From Barthelona sp. PCE (lineage: Eukaryota): a stretch of 64,000 nucleotides of DNA. The position numbers and the translations under genes are program-made. The DNA is taken from the NCBI GenBank assembly GCA_040285745.1, contig JAUFOR010000008.1, positions 1,612,001 to 1,676,000 of the forward strand, given 5' to 3'. The stretch's first letter is position 1; each line of letters starts with the position of its first letter. Positions 52,077-62,235 of the stretch are shown here, one piece after another. The notes below the pieces were generated by a model. The model was not told the origin of the DNA. It worked only from the letters and a program-made list of their open reading frames with translations, and searched no databases.

Positions 52077-54827
52077 TTATTCAGTCTTCTGAAGCTTTTT
52101 AGGGTGCTCTTTGACAACAATTCCAGCTTCAACAGCCGGGCGCGGCTGGTGCTGCATTATATCGATAGATTCAAAAGGCAGAAGGCGCACCTGAGCGTTC
52201 ATTGAATATGACTTTTCTTCGACTGAAACGCTTATTTCAGCAACATAGCTCTTGAACAGTAACACTGGGCCCTCTTTGCCGTCTTGTGAGACCACAAAAC
52301 CGCCATCAACAGGACGAGCTTGGGGAAGAGTTGCATCAGACATGTTGATAGAAAACTCTTGGAAACCCTCAACACCGTACGCGGGGAAGTGCAGGCGGAC
52401 ACCGTTGGGGAGTACGTTGACAACGACACCAACTGCCTTGATTGGCCGACCTCTGATCAGCAACAGCGAAGACACTGAATCTGACATACGTCCGCTGCGA
52501 TCTGCTATGAACTTCCTCTTGTTCAGGTTGTCGCAGATGGCAGCCATCTGGTCCTTTACCAGCATGTCTGGAGGCAGCTCATCAAAGTCAGTGCAAGCGG
52601 CCAACAAGCGGTGTACGACAAGATCAGAGTATCGACGAATGGGCGACGTGAAGTGAGTGTAGTACGAGACGGCGAGGCCGTAATGCTCAAAGTCTGCCTC
52701 AGAGAATTGACCTGTGACGAAATATTTGGCAAGAGACATGCATCTTGTGACTCTGATCTTGAGATACTTCAAGAAAAGGTCTCTCTCGCGCTCTGTCGAA
52801 CCATGTTCGTTGCTCACAGCTGATCTCAGCGATTCAGCCAATGTTTTGTTTGACTCAGCATTAATGGTCACTCCGAATAACTGTAGAGACTCGTTAAGCT
52901 CCTCGATCTTATCTTCACGGGGTGCTGGGTGGCGTCTCAGCAAAGCTGTGGAAGGGAACTCGTCGAAAATCTTTTTCGCTACAAAACGGTTAGCCAGAAG
53001 CATGAACTCTTCAACAAGAGAGTGAGTCTCGCCCTGGATGTACTCTTTCACAGATAGAGGTTCGCGGGTGACCTCATCGACCTCGAACTTGACCGCTGTT
53101 GACGCTAAAACGAGCGCGCCATCGATTAATCGTTGCTCCTTCAACAACTGAGCAATTTTCCACAGACCACGGATACTCTGCGCCATGTCGTCCTCCCGAG
53201 ACTTCGTGTTCATGATCTCGAGTGCTTTGCCGTATGTGAGAGATGCCTGCGAGTGAATGATGCTCTTTGTGAACTGTACATTTCCGTATTGAATCTTGTA
53301 CCCTGATGGTCTCTCCTCGTCCTCAACGAGGGTGAGCTGCCAAATCACAGAAAATGCAAACCGGTCCACCTTGCACCGCAATGAACATAAGTCCTCAGTG
53401 AGCATCTTTGGAAGCATGTCTATACGACGATCAACAAGGTATACAGACGTAGCACGCTTCCTAGCCTCCATGTCCATTGCACAGTTCGGACGCACAAAGT
53501 GTGATACGTCAGCAATATGAACACCTACTTCAAATGAAAGAGGGCCTGTCTGAATGCAATGGAGTGCATCATCAATATCCTTACAACCAGGAGGATCGAT
53601 GGAACATATGGGCTTGTCTCTAAAATCTGCTCTACCCTTCTTGTCAACCGCTGTCGGAACCCACGGTGATGAAGGAAGACATGCCAGGATGGACTCTGAA
53701 AATGGATAGTGTGGCACCTCGTTCTCGATAAGGATAACTCGAGTCTCGACATTACGATCTCCCATCGGTCCAATTACCTTGAAGAAGTGAGCTGTGGGAA
53801 GCTCTGCGGTGGCTGGCCAATCGACCAACTTAACGAGGATACGCTGCCCCATTAACGACTCAACGTCACTTGTACGCAGATTAAATGAAGGCATGTGTCT
53901 GTCAACTGGATGGAAAATACCGTCTTGTTCGACAGAGCCACAGTAGTCTCTCCAATTTCGGATCATTATACCGCGAATGGTGGCCTTGTCATCTTCAACA
54001 GTAAAACACACGATATCTCTATTTGTTGCTCGGTTGAACTTACCCTTCTCAACGGTGATGTTATCCTTGAACGAATGTGACCTGATACTTCCGCTAATAG
54101 GACTATACTTATCTGCGTGGAACACGCCTCGGAATGCCTTTTTGTTGGCGATAGCTGCGTTCATCTCAGAGTCACTCCAGTGCTCATCAAATAACGTTGC
54201 ACTCTCCATGACGTCCTCTACTAAACAACCCAAATCTGGTTCGTGCTGCAAAACGTACTCACGCAGGCTAACGGTGGTGACTCCGTTACGCTCTGAGTTG
54301 GCTGCGTCGCTGTCAGTGTCAGAAACAATATAAATAGCTTTGGCATCAACATGATCATTGTAAAAACGCACAACACTGTGTCCAATGCTTCCTGTGTTCA
54401 AAAGATCTGTAGCAACAAACCTGGCGGCACGATCGGGGAAGTAGTGCACCGTTGTTTGTTCCTGCTTCGTCTCACTAGAGTCAAACGTCCATCCTTTGAG
54501 AAGGTTCTGCAATTTTCTTTGATTGAGGACAGAATTCTTCAAAAAGGCGCTTAAGTTGGACTGGGGCAGTACCACGTTGTGCTTACGACGTGCTAAGAAT
54601 TCAATAACGGAAAAATGTGAAACACATACATTTGAGCTCATTACTAGAATAGGCTTTTCGAGTGACAGCTTACTCTCTTCCTGAAAGCACTCGTTGCATT
54701 CTTGTACTGAACATAAAACGTTTCTACGAATGATAGGCCTACTTTCTCTAACGATGCGTCCCTTTTTTGACTGTCTGAACTGCGATTGCGCCCGCAACCC
54801 CCTTGTTGGTCTCCCAAATATTGGCAT
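52077..54827 (-). CDS. DIS3: Exosome nuclease Dis3/Rrp44 (RNB domain intact, PIN degenerate)
   Basis: CR3 Cys motif, SIDPPGCKDIDDALH, GVHIADV, VEEFMLLAN and YTHFTSPIRRYSD. Confidence 0.95.
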   Translation of the reverse strand: MPIFGRPTRGLRAQSQFRQSKKGRIVRESRPIIRRNVLCSVQECNECFQEESKLSLEKPILVMSSNVCVSHFSVIEFLARRKHNVVLPQSNLSAFLKNSVLNQRKLQNLLKGWTFDSSETKQEQTTVHYFPDRAARFVATDLLNTGSIGHSVVRFYNDHVDAKAIYIVSDTDSDAANSERNGVTTVSLREYVLQHEPDLGCLVEDVMESATLFDEHWSDSEMNAAIANKKAFRGVFHADKYSPISGSIRSHSFKDNITVEKGKFNRATNRDIVCFTVEDDKATIRGIMIRNWRDYCGSVEQDGIFHPVDRHMPSFNLRTSDVESLMGQRILVKLVDWPATAELPTAHFFKVIGPMGDRNVETRVILIENEVPHYPFSESILACLPSSPWVPTAVDKKGRADFRDKPICSIDPPGCKDIDDALHCIQTGPLSFEVGVHIADVSHFVRPNCAMDMEARKRATSVYLVDRRIDMLPKMLTEDLCSLRCKVDRFAFSVIWQLTLVEDEERPSGYKIQYGNVQFTKSIIHSQASLTYGKALEIMNTKSREDDMAQSIRGLWKIAQLLKEQRLIDGALVLASTAVKFEVDEVTREPLSVKEYIQGETHSLVEEFMLLANRFVAKKIFDEFPSTALLRRHPAPREDKIEELNESLQLFGVTINAESNKTLAESLRSAVSNEHGSTERERDLFLKYLKIRVTRCMSLAKYFVTGQFSEADFEHYGLAVSYYTHFTSPIRRYSDLVVHRLLAACTDFDELPPDMLVKDQMAAICDNLNKRKFIADRSGRMSDSVSSLLLIRGRPIKAVGVVVNVLPNGVRLHFPAYGVEGFQEFSINMSDATLPQARPVDGGFVVSQDGKEGPVLLFKSYVAEISVSVEEKSYSMNAQVRLLPFESIDIMQHQPRPAVEAGIVVKEHPKKLQKTE

Positions 54828-55011
54828 TTGTTCTTGGAGTGTTGATAAGGTGGAAAAAGGAATAATGATCAGATCAGTTTACTCGTCAATGTCGATTTAG
54901 TGGTGCTTAAAGCTATCAAATGTAAAAGAATTCTTATTCCTGTATGCACTTGTATTAAATATTTATTGTAAAAATAGTAACTAATGATTATTTAGAGTAG
55001 AATTATGCACA

Positions 55012-58000
55012 CTAGAGCAAATCCTGCATAATACTTAGAGGGATTTGTGACATAGGGAGATCACTCAGACTGATTGCCATGCCGCTTTCCAATGACGAGC
55101 TGGTTGTTGTAAAAGAACCAACAGCATCTGTTTCCTGTAATAGACAGTCGTTTTCACTGTGCTCTGTGCTCTGGAAACTGTAACTATTGGTAGAATATGT
55201 TCTCTTACGGCGTAATACACGCATCAATACAGTTGTTTCACATGTTATTGTAAGAGTAAGCCATAAAACAATGTTTCTTTTTGGTAAGGCCAGAGAAACA
55301 GCAACCGGGAGAAAAGAAACAGCAAAAACATGATACTTACTATCACTGGTACTTATGATAACAGAAAGAGAGATGCCCACTGCAGTCCAAACCACCATAG
55401 CACTCATCAAAAGGCTGGGGTTATAATGGCGAACATACAGCAAAACGGTCAACTGTTGGAGGATCATGTAGTATCTACGTATGATGGCGAGGAATGTTCT
55501 ACTCACGGCAAAATCGAACAGCATGTACACAGCAGCACATACGCTATTGATTATGAAGTTGAATCCAGAAGTACAGTAAACGTGAAGTAACACTACTGCA
55601 AACAACGTATCGGTGAACAACAACCCTGCGTGCACAACCCTCTTCCGGGCAACAATGTGCAATATCACCTTAACAGCAACCAATACTATTGGGAATGCAA
55701 TTGTAAGAGGAGCGTAAAAACATTCTATAGTGAATAATGGGAATACCCACGTTGACAACAGGTTCCAATTGTGAAAAAGGCAATGGGTTGTGGTCCATAT
55801 GGAGAAATAAATTCCAATGTGTACGAAATCACTCGCACCATGTAGGGCACTTCTTACACTGCTAAAGATGATTAATTCGCACGAAATATACAATATCACA
55901 CGCAGCATGATGCCAAATATAGACACACCACTGCATTTTCTGCAAGTTCCGAACATTGCAATTTGTTTGGCGTTTGAGTGAATGCATTTATGACACGATG
56001 ATCCGTAGTGTCCATCTATGCAACCGTTAAGCTCAGGTATAGCACTCTCGAACCCGACCTTGGCACCAAAGTAGCCAGCGCGTACTGAGGCTCCTATACA
56101 GCGTCTCGATACGTCACAGCGTCCGATACTTATTGTTTGTGGAGGTTTTTCAACAACGTTGAAACCTGATTCAACACTATAGTGCGCGCCGCTGTACCGA
56201 AGTCTGAGTGAATCGTCCTCAACAACCTCTCCATCACGCTCGACATTTACCCTATAGCAAAACTCATCTGAAAAGTTAAAACTCAGCTGAACCATCCCGA
56301 CTGGGCAATCGAGGCACACACCCAGGGTCTCGTAAGTCGCAGGGCTGGTCACTTCTGTGTAGTACGTACCTGGATCACAATAGGGAATGTGTAATTCAAC
56401 AGAAAAAATTTTAGAATTCGGGGATGCGAATTCAAAAATAAAACTCTGACCTGCAAAAATCATTACTGACTTTGGTAAGTACACCCACGCATAATCTCTC
56501 TCCTGTTTAACACTCGCATATCCAGCACCATTCACAGTTACTAAAGGTTCATACTTTAACTTACCGTTCAGCTTGAACGGTAGTCTGTTTATGTTGCTGT
56601 AGAACTGCGGTGTCGCGAATTCCAACGCTTCAACGCTGGATAATCGTTTGTAATGCTTGTGTTTGCATGGAATCGTTGTACTGTCCAGAAATGCGCAACG
56701 TGCATCTCCTGGTGTGTCTGATGTGATACTACCGGTGACAGACCCACCAGTGAATGTCAATATACATCTGGCACAAAGCATCTGCTCAACGGAAAAATCA
56801 GCATCAATGTTAGCTGCGGAAACGAGATTTCCTCCCCAAACGGTATTTGCGCCAAATATACCGTGCATTGTTGCATTTTCTGCCCATATATTGTGAGAAT
56901 TAATCATTGGAAACGAAAAACCATTTGACAAAACTGACATATTAAATACATGGGCAAAAAACGCTGGTTTCTGTATTCCTACACCTTGTTTTGTGGCATA
57001 TGTCACAGTGAAACCATCAGTAACAAGAGTTAACTTCCTGGCACAAACAATGGGTACGCTAAAGTAGTTTGCAAAATGAAAAAATGAATTCCTAATTATC
57101 ATACTCACACAATCACCCACAAGCATGGACTTGTTAGTGCTGATGTTCACCCGAAACGTAGTATCATAAGCCTCAAAAGTTATTCTATCTTCAACTGCAA
57201 AATCTGTCTCAAATATTTGTCTCAAAGTCATACGTTCGAAAGAAGAAGATTTGAAGATAATCATAGGTGAGTTCAGTTTAAAAAGACTACGTACCGTGAC
57301 ATCTCGCATGTGAAGCATAATGACAGACTCTTTTGGGGCTTGCATTAAGAATAGAAAGTTACTATCCCGAACTGTGATTGTATTAATTGTCACATTATAT
57401 GCAACAAGCAGCTCTACATATTTAATAAATGTGATATTTTGCATAGTTACATTAACAAAATTCGTAAAAGCACCACTATCAAATACCATTGAATTGAACT
57501 GACAATTAACAAAGGAAATAAACCCACCGTCACTGACGATCCCCGATCCCATATCACTGTTTATGAACTGCACATTAATAAATAAGAGTTCACGTGGATC
57601 AGAAGTTTCTTCATTGTATACAAATATTGGTTCAGTGCTGACACAGTCTCTAAATATTGAATTCTTAACAGTTATTATTGGATTGATAGCACGTACTTCA
57701 AAAGATGGTGTGTACAACCAAAATCTACTGCTGTTGATCATCATTTTTTCAGTTGCTTCCAAAACGATCACGGGTACTAATGTTGCAAAAGCAATATCGC
57801 TTATATCAAGTGAACTAATATCAACAACTTTCGCATCTAAAACACTCTTTTTGTTGATATCTGATCCATGGAGTGTAATCCAGTTGAGCTTCAATTGCTG
57901 GAAACTCATACGAAACCCTCTGTCCAGCTGAATATGATCTCCCAGAAATGTCTCTCCACGAAGATCTGTTTTCCTAAACACACAATATGAACAAAACCAA

Positions 58001-59028
58001 TGTGAGGCAGTTCCAGCAATATTATGCATATAGGTGTTTTTAATATCAAACACACCAGATTCTGTTACTGAAAAATCTGACTGTGACACGATATCTGACA
58101 ATGATATCTCATCAGAACTAACTAAAACAGCACTGATATTACTGATAAAACAATTATCCATTGAAAACATTGTGTATCGGAACGATAGAACCTGCTCAAC
58201 GCCAATGAATGTTAAGTTTGAGTTAACCATGTTAATCGTTTCACCATAAAAGTTGCCTCCTGTTAATGTCACATTTGAATCATACACAAGGATATCACTT
58301 ACACTTACTATGCTGTTTATAGCTGTCAATGATATGACGGATTGATTTATGGTCAGCGACTGGTCTTCATCTGTAAAACTAACGTGTTCATGTGCAAATT
58401 TTTGAAATATTAAATTGGTTGCTGTGGCATCAATGAGCATGTGTTTGCTTCTAAGAATGATACCATGTGTTGTGAAGTTTAACGAGGCAAAATCAGCCTC
58501 TATAACGGTATTAGACAGAGTTATAGGTGACATAAAAAAAGTCAATGTGCTACTAGTTGCATTAACAAACTCACCAGTTAAATCGATTTCACCAGAACAT
58601 ATTGCGTCATATGCAGTTACCCTGTCAGTGACAGCAATATCCACGAAGTCATAGTATCCTGTTTCAAGAAAAAGTATATTGGCAAATATACTTTTCTTAT
58701 CTTGTTTATACTTTCCATTAATGAGTTTGAGTTTGTCTGCATCCACAGAACCGGATATTGTGATGTCAGAATCCATTCCATCAATAATAAGTGTTGCAGA
58801 CGGCATTATGATGTCCTCCGAAAAAAAATACTGTCCTGTTCGCAAAATTGTAAAAGAACAGTAAACAGAGTAAGAATCCGCACACCTCGCTATTGGAATG
58901 TTGAGAGATTTGCAAGGATGTGTCTTTGTTCCACAGTTAGAAATAGAATCATCGCCCTCTTTACCATCTATGTAAAAGAAAAACCCGTGGGTGCATGTGA
59001 GTAGTAATATAATGAGTACAACCCGCAT
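55012..59028 (-). CDS. Surface protein with signal peptide, beta-helix-like ectodomain, Cys-rich stalk and multi-TM domain
   Basis: MRVVLIILLLTCTHG, CGT..HPCKSL, I/F/S/N/T-rich beta repeats, C.PG.Y/C..CP.G motifs and about 7-9 hydrophobic segments. Confidence 0.8.
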   Translation of the reverse strand: MRVVLIILLLTCTHGFFFYIDGKEGDDSISNCGTKTHPCKSLNIPIARCADSYSVYCSFTILRTGQYFFSEDIIMPSATLIIDGMDSDITISGSVDADKLKLINGKYKQDKKSIFANILFLETGYYDFVDIAVTDRVTAYDAICSGEIDLTGEFVNATSSTLTFFMSPITLSNTVIEADFASLNFTTHGIILRSKHMLIDATATNLIFQKFAHEHVSFTDEDQSLTINQSVISLTAINSIVSVSDILVYDSNVTLTGGNFYGETINMVNSNLTFIGVEQVLSFRYTMFSMDNCFISNISAVLVSSDEISLSDIVSQSDFSVTESGVFDIKNTYMHNIAGTASHWFCSYCVFRKTDLRGETFLGDHIQLDRGFRMSFQQLKLNWITLHGSDINKKSVLDAKVVDISSLDISDIAFATLVPVIVLEATEKMMINSSRFWLYTPSFEVRAINPIITVKNSIFRDCVSTEPIFVYNEETSDPRELLFINVQFINSDMGSGIVSDGGFISFVNCQFNSMVFDSGAFTNFVNVTMQNITFIKYVELLVAYNVTINTITVRDSNFLFLMQAPKESVIMLHMRDVTVRSLFKLNSPMIIFKSSSFERMTLRQIFETDFAVEDRITFEAYDTTFRVNISTNKSMLVGDCVSMIIRNSFFHFANYFSVPIVCARKLTLVTDGFTVTYATKQGVGIQKPAFFAHVFNMSVLSNGFSFPMINSHNIWAENATMHGIFGANTVWGGNLVSAANIDADFSVEQMLCARCILTFTGGSVTGSITSDTPGDARCAFLDSTTIPCKHKHYKRLSSVEALEFATPQFYSNINRLPFKLNGKLKYEPLVTVNGAGYASVKQERDYAWVYLPKSVMIFAGQSFIFEFASPNSKIFSVELHIPYCDPGTYYTEVTSPATYETLGVCLDCPVGMVQLSFNFSDEFCYRVNVERDGEVVEDDSLRLRYSGAHYSVESGFNVVEKPPQTISIGRCDVSRRCIGASVRAGYFGAKVGFESAIPELNGCIDGHYGSSCHKCIHSNAKQIAMFGTCRKCSGVSIFGIMLRVILYISCELIIFSSVRSALHGASDFVHIGIYFSIWTTTHCLFHNWNLLSTWVFPLFTIECFYAPLTIAFPIVLVAVKVILHIVARKRVVHAGLLFTDTLFAVVLLHVYCTSGFNFIINSVCAAVYMLFDFAVSRTFLAIIRRYYMILQQLTVLLYVRHYNPSLLMSAMVVWTAVGISLSVIISTSDSKYHVFAVSFLPVAVSLALPKRNIVLWLTLTITCETTVLMRVLRRKRTYSTNSYSFQSTEHSENDCLLQETDAVGSFTTTSSSLESGMAISLSDLPMSQIPLSIMQDLL

Positions 59029-59159
59029 TGCTCATCTGTAGAAAGGGGTAAAAGCTTTTTTCATGAGATTTGATGAAATAATCTTACATGTTCACAATAC
59101 AGATACATTGGTGCATCCTATGAGTGTTTACTAAGTACATAACATGTTGAAGAAGGGAA

Positions 59160-59900
59160 CTAAAATGAAAATTCTGAATCAAATGCAGGGAATACATATT
59201 CGATGATATTGTGATGTTTATCAACCCAAAGGAACCCATCGTTTGCAAGATTCATGATTGCACGGTTGATCCTCTCAACATCATTCCATTTCAGCTCTGA
59301 TCTCAAATCATCTTGACTTACACGACCATTTCTGGCTTCTGCAATGCCCAATATGACATTTGTGTCCGTTGAAAGCTCTAATGGAACACTTACAATATGT
59401 TCTTTCCCATTTAACTCAACAATTTTAAACTCACCATTGAGATCACTTACACTTTTAATAGCACGTTTTATATCATCTTTAGAGATGGCTTGTGCTGTTT
59501 TTGACCGCCTTTCATTTAACATATTAATTAAAAGATCTAAATCAACGATTCCGCCATTTTGTTGTCTGGTGTCAAGACAAACTGTGATAATCTGAACAGC
59601 AAGCTCGTAATAGAAGTTACCCATACCGAGCATTGATGCAAACATTCCCTGAGAATGAGCAATAATATCAACTCCCAGTGAACCACAAATCTTATTGAAT
59701 TGGTACCTGAATTGTGGGTTCTCGACAATGTCCTCCTTGTGCTCGACAGCAAAATCTTGTAGTTTATCTTTAAATACCCTCAAATGATCGCTAATATGAG
59801 CAGAATACTCATCATTAAGTTCTTGCCCTGTAGATTTCAGCTTATTACGGCGCTGTTGCTCCCGCCGAAGACCTGCAATACCAGCACGTCGCCTACTCAT
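59160..59900 (-). CDS. SNF8: ESCRT-II subunit Vps22/SNF8/EAP30
   Basis: MSRRRAGI, NPQFRYQFNKIC..LGVD, GMGNFYYELAVQI, SVPLELSTD and GFLWVD. Confidence 0.95.
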   Translation of the reverse strand: MSRRRAGIAGLRREQQRRNKLKSTGQELNDEYSAHISDHLRVFKDKLQDFAVEHKEDIVENPQFRYQFNKICGSLGVDIIAHSQGMFASMLGMGNFYYELAVQIITVCLDTRQQNGGIVDLDLLINMLNERRSKTAQAISKDDIKRAIKSVSDLNGEFKIVELNGKEHIVSVPLELSTDTNVILGIAEARNGRVSQDDLRSELKWNDVERINRAIMNLANDGFLWVDKHHNIIEYVFPAFDSEFSF

Positions 59901-59971
59901 TTGTGAAGGGATGAAAATTTGCTTTCACTTTTATTTATTGTTATACCTTCCCAAATTGGTCCATTTGTTTA

Positions 59972-60352
59972 ATGTCGGGCGCAGAATTCGAAGATGTCAT
60001 TGAAGAGATATTAACTGTCGATAAAGATTCATCTTCTTCACAAAAGCTACAGCACATTTCTCTACGTTTAGAGGAGTTGGGTGGAGCTTTGAATACCGTT
60101 GCATCCCTCGTGTCACAACATCAAGAATATGCAAATGATATTATGGGGATGCGTGAAAATTTTGAGAATAGTTTCAGGTATATAGATGAACTTGAGCAGT
60201 ATTTGGAATTTGTTGAGGGGCGTGTTGAGGATCTAAACCGAGTTAAACCATCTTTGTTTAGTTTCTTTGGTCGCAAGAAACAATTAAGTATTGATTACAG
60301 TGTATATCACGATAATTTAGTAGTTGAAAATTTACCCAAACTTCAGACATGA
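59972..60352 (+). CDS. BLOC-1 subunit 4 (cappuccino)-like coiled-coil protein
   Basis: 126 aa. RLEEL and F.YIDELE..LEFVE..V.DL resemble the cappuccino core. Confidence 0.55.
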   Translation: MSGAEFEDVIEEILTVDKDSSSSQKLQHISLRLEELGGALNTVASLVSQHQEYANDIMGMRENFENSFRYIDELEQYLEFVEGRVEDLNRVKPSLFSFFGRKKQLSIDYSVYHDNLVVENLPKLQT

Positions 60353-60359
60353 TTACTAT

Positions 60360-61061
60360 TTATTCTTGAGAAAACAAAATATTTTTTAGGTGAGGTAACA
60401 AATGTTTTTTGCGTGTTTCTAAACGTTTTTCTAAAGTATTATCGCAAAAGATTCTGCCTGTCATATCTGTTATGCCTACTCCACCAAGACTATGTTCTGC
60501 AGGAAGTTTTTCATTGGATAATTGATACTGAACTTCTTTTTGTGTGAGCTCTAAATATTTTTCTGCGGCTTTTTCAAAGAGTCCAGTTACAATGTCTTCG
60601 TCCTGAGGACGGCAGATTACCTTAACAATAGGTTCTTTGAGTGCTATTGTTGCTTCAACTATGGAATCCAGCAAAAATTTTGAGTAAATTTCAGCATCAT
60701 CAGTTACAAGTTCACCAATGCGTTCCTCGGCACCTCCAAAGACATCTTTAATCATATCTTCTTGAGAAGCCAAGAACTCAAGTTTTGCATCACTGGTTAG
60801 ACCAGACTGTTCACTAAATGTTAAGGTTCGACAAAAGCATTATTTTGCATGGTCATACATTCTCATATCAACTTCAATCTGTTTCTTTTCCTTGGAATAC
60901 TTTTGCTCCAATCTTGCGGTATTCTCTTGGATAATGTTGAGCTTGGCTACCTGACAGGCTTGTTTGGTCTCGTTCTGAAGCTCCAGAATCTTCTCACGAG
61001 CTTCTGACTTAATGAATTGAATCATTCGTGTGATCTGCTTCTCTGATTGATTGTCTTGCAT
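60360..61061 (-). CDS. ATP6V1E: V-type ATPase subunit E (two exons: 61061-60859 and 60813-60360, 218 aa)
   Basis: QITRMIQFIKSEAREK, CRPQD, LGGV and CDNTLEKRL. The spliced junction reads DMRIEQSGLTSDAKLEFL. Confidence 0.93.
60814..60858 (-). other. Spliceosomal intron, 45 nt
   Basis: Minus strand GTATGA...CCTTAACATTTAG. It contains the in-frame TAA that splits the ORF. Confidence 0.92.
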
Positions 61062-61540
61062 CGTATGTGTTGGTTTCTGTGTGTATTACGTACGGAAAAA
61101 TGGGGAACAAACGAAAAGTCGCAACTACACAAGTGAAATGGAATTTTGTTGTTAATGCAAGCTCAAGTTTTTGTTACATCGCCCTAAAGTGATTAAAACT
61201 AAGTTATAAACCCCAAATACTGATAATTTACTTGAACAACGCATCTTCCAAATGTATGCCACCGTTCGGATAAACTACAAATTTATGTACTTTTTCCCAA
61301 TTCAAATGTGTTATATGCATCAGTTTTCACTTAAAGTGAGAACGCAGCACCATAAAAAACACATGATGCAATCTTTCGAAAAGCATCACTATTAAACCCA
61401 GACTTAGCTAAACGCTGTAAAAGATGAGATTTCACGACATATGCATTGAGCTTAAAATTTAAAACACCTTTCTACAGTTGTTAAACCTTTTTCGTTGATT
61501 TACAATCTTTCTATTGGTTTCAAAGCATCGCACATACTAA

Positions 61541-62185
61541 ATGCTTCTCACAACATTCATTTCACGTGTCTCAGATGGTCTAATTCTAAGCTCTTCAAGT
61601 AACACCTCATCAGAAGTTGACTCAAAGCTTCTTAACCAAGCAAAATACCTACTAAAGGCAATCGGCACCGAAGCAGACCGAGAGAGAAGCGTAGTTACAG
61701 CAGATAGCCATCAATTCTGTGTATTTTTGCAACGCGACGTGGCATTTCTTTGTCTCACACAAGTTACAAGCGAACAGAACGTCGTCTTTGCATACCTTAA
61801 GGAGGTGTCTGATTGCTTCCTTGAAGAGTATTCACAAAATAAGATAGATAACGCTTCTAGGGCATATGAGCATATTTTTTTCGAAAGCACAATCACCAGA
61901 TTACAGAAAAAGTACTCTGATATGAAGGGTAATGAGAATATGAACGAGATTATGAGTACTTTTGATGATATCGGAAATATTTTAACAACAACACTTAGCT
62001 CATTGTATGAACGTGGTTCTATACTCACTGATCTTGCAACAGATACGAACGACCTTGTTAACAGAGCTGATGCAGTTAAAAACAAAAGTATCGCACTCAG
62101 ACGTAAAATGCTTATCAAAAAATACACACCTCTTGCAGTTATTGCTGCTATAGTACTTCTTATAATCTGGATGAAGTTTAGGTAA
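61541..62185 (+). CDS. SEC22: Longin R-SNARE Sec22
   Basis: ISRVSDGLIL longin start, FAYL.EV..F, RAY..I.F, ERG zero layer and a C-terminal TM. Confidence 0.88.
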   Translation: MLLTTFISRVSDGLILSSSSNTSSEVDSKLLNQAKYLLKAIGTEADRERSVVTADSHQFCVFLQRDVAFLCLTQVTSEQNVVFAYLKEVSDCFLEEYSQNKIDNASRAYEHIFFESTITRLQKKYSDMKGNENMNEIMSTFDDIGNILTTTLSSLYERGSILTDLATDTNDLVNRADAVKNKSIALRRKMLIKKYTPLAVIAAIVLLIIWMKFR

Positions 62186-62235
62186 ATGTTTAAGAGGGTT
62201 TACTATTGAATATATGAATAAATCAGAAAAAGTCA

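Noticed and set aside
60840-60842. In-frame TAA inside V-ATPase E suggesting stop-codon reassignment
   Set aside because: It lies within a 45 nt intron, and conserved genes end normally at TAA, TAG and TGA.
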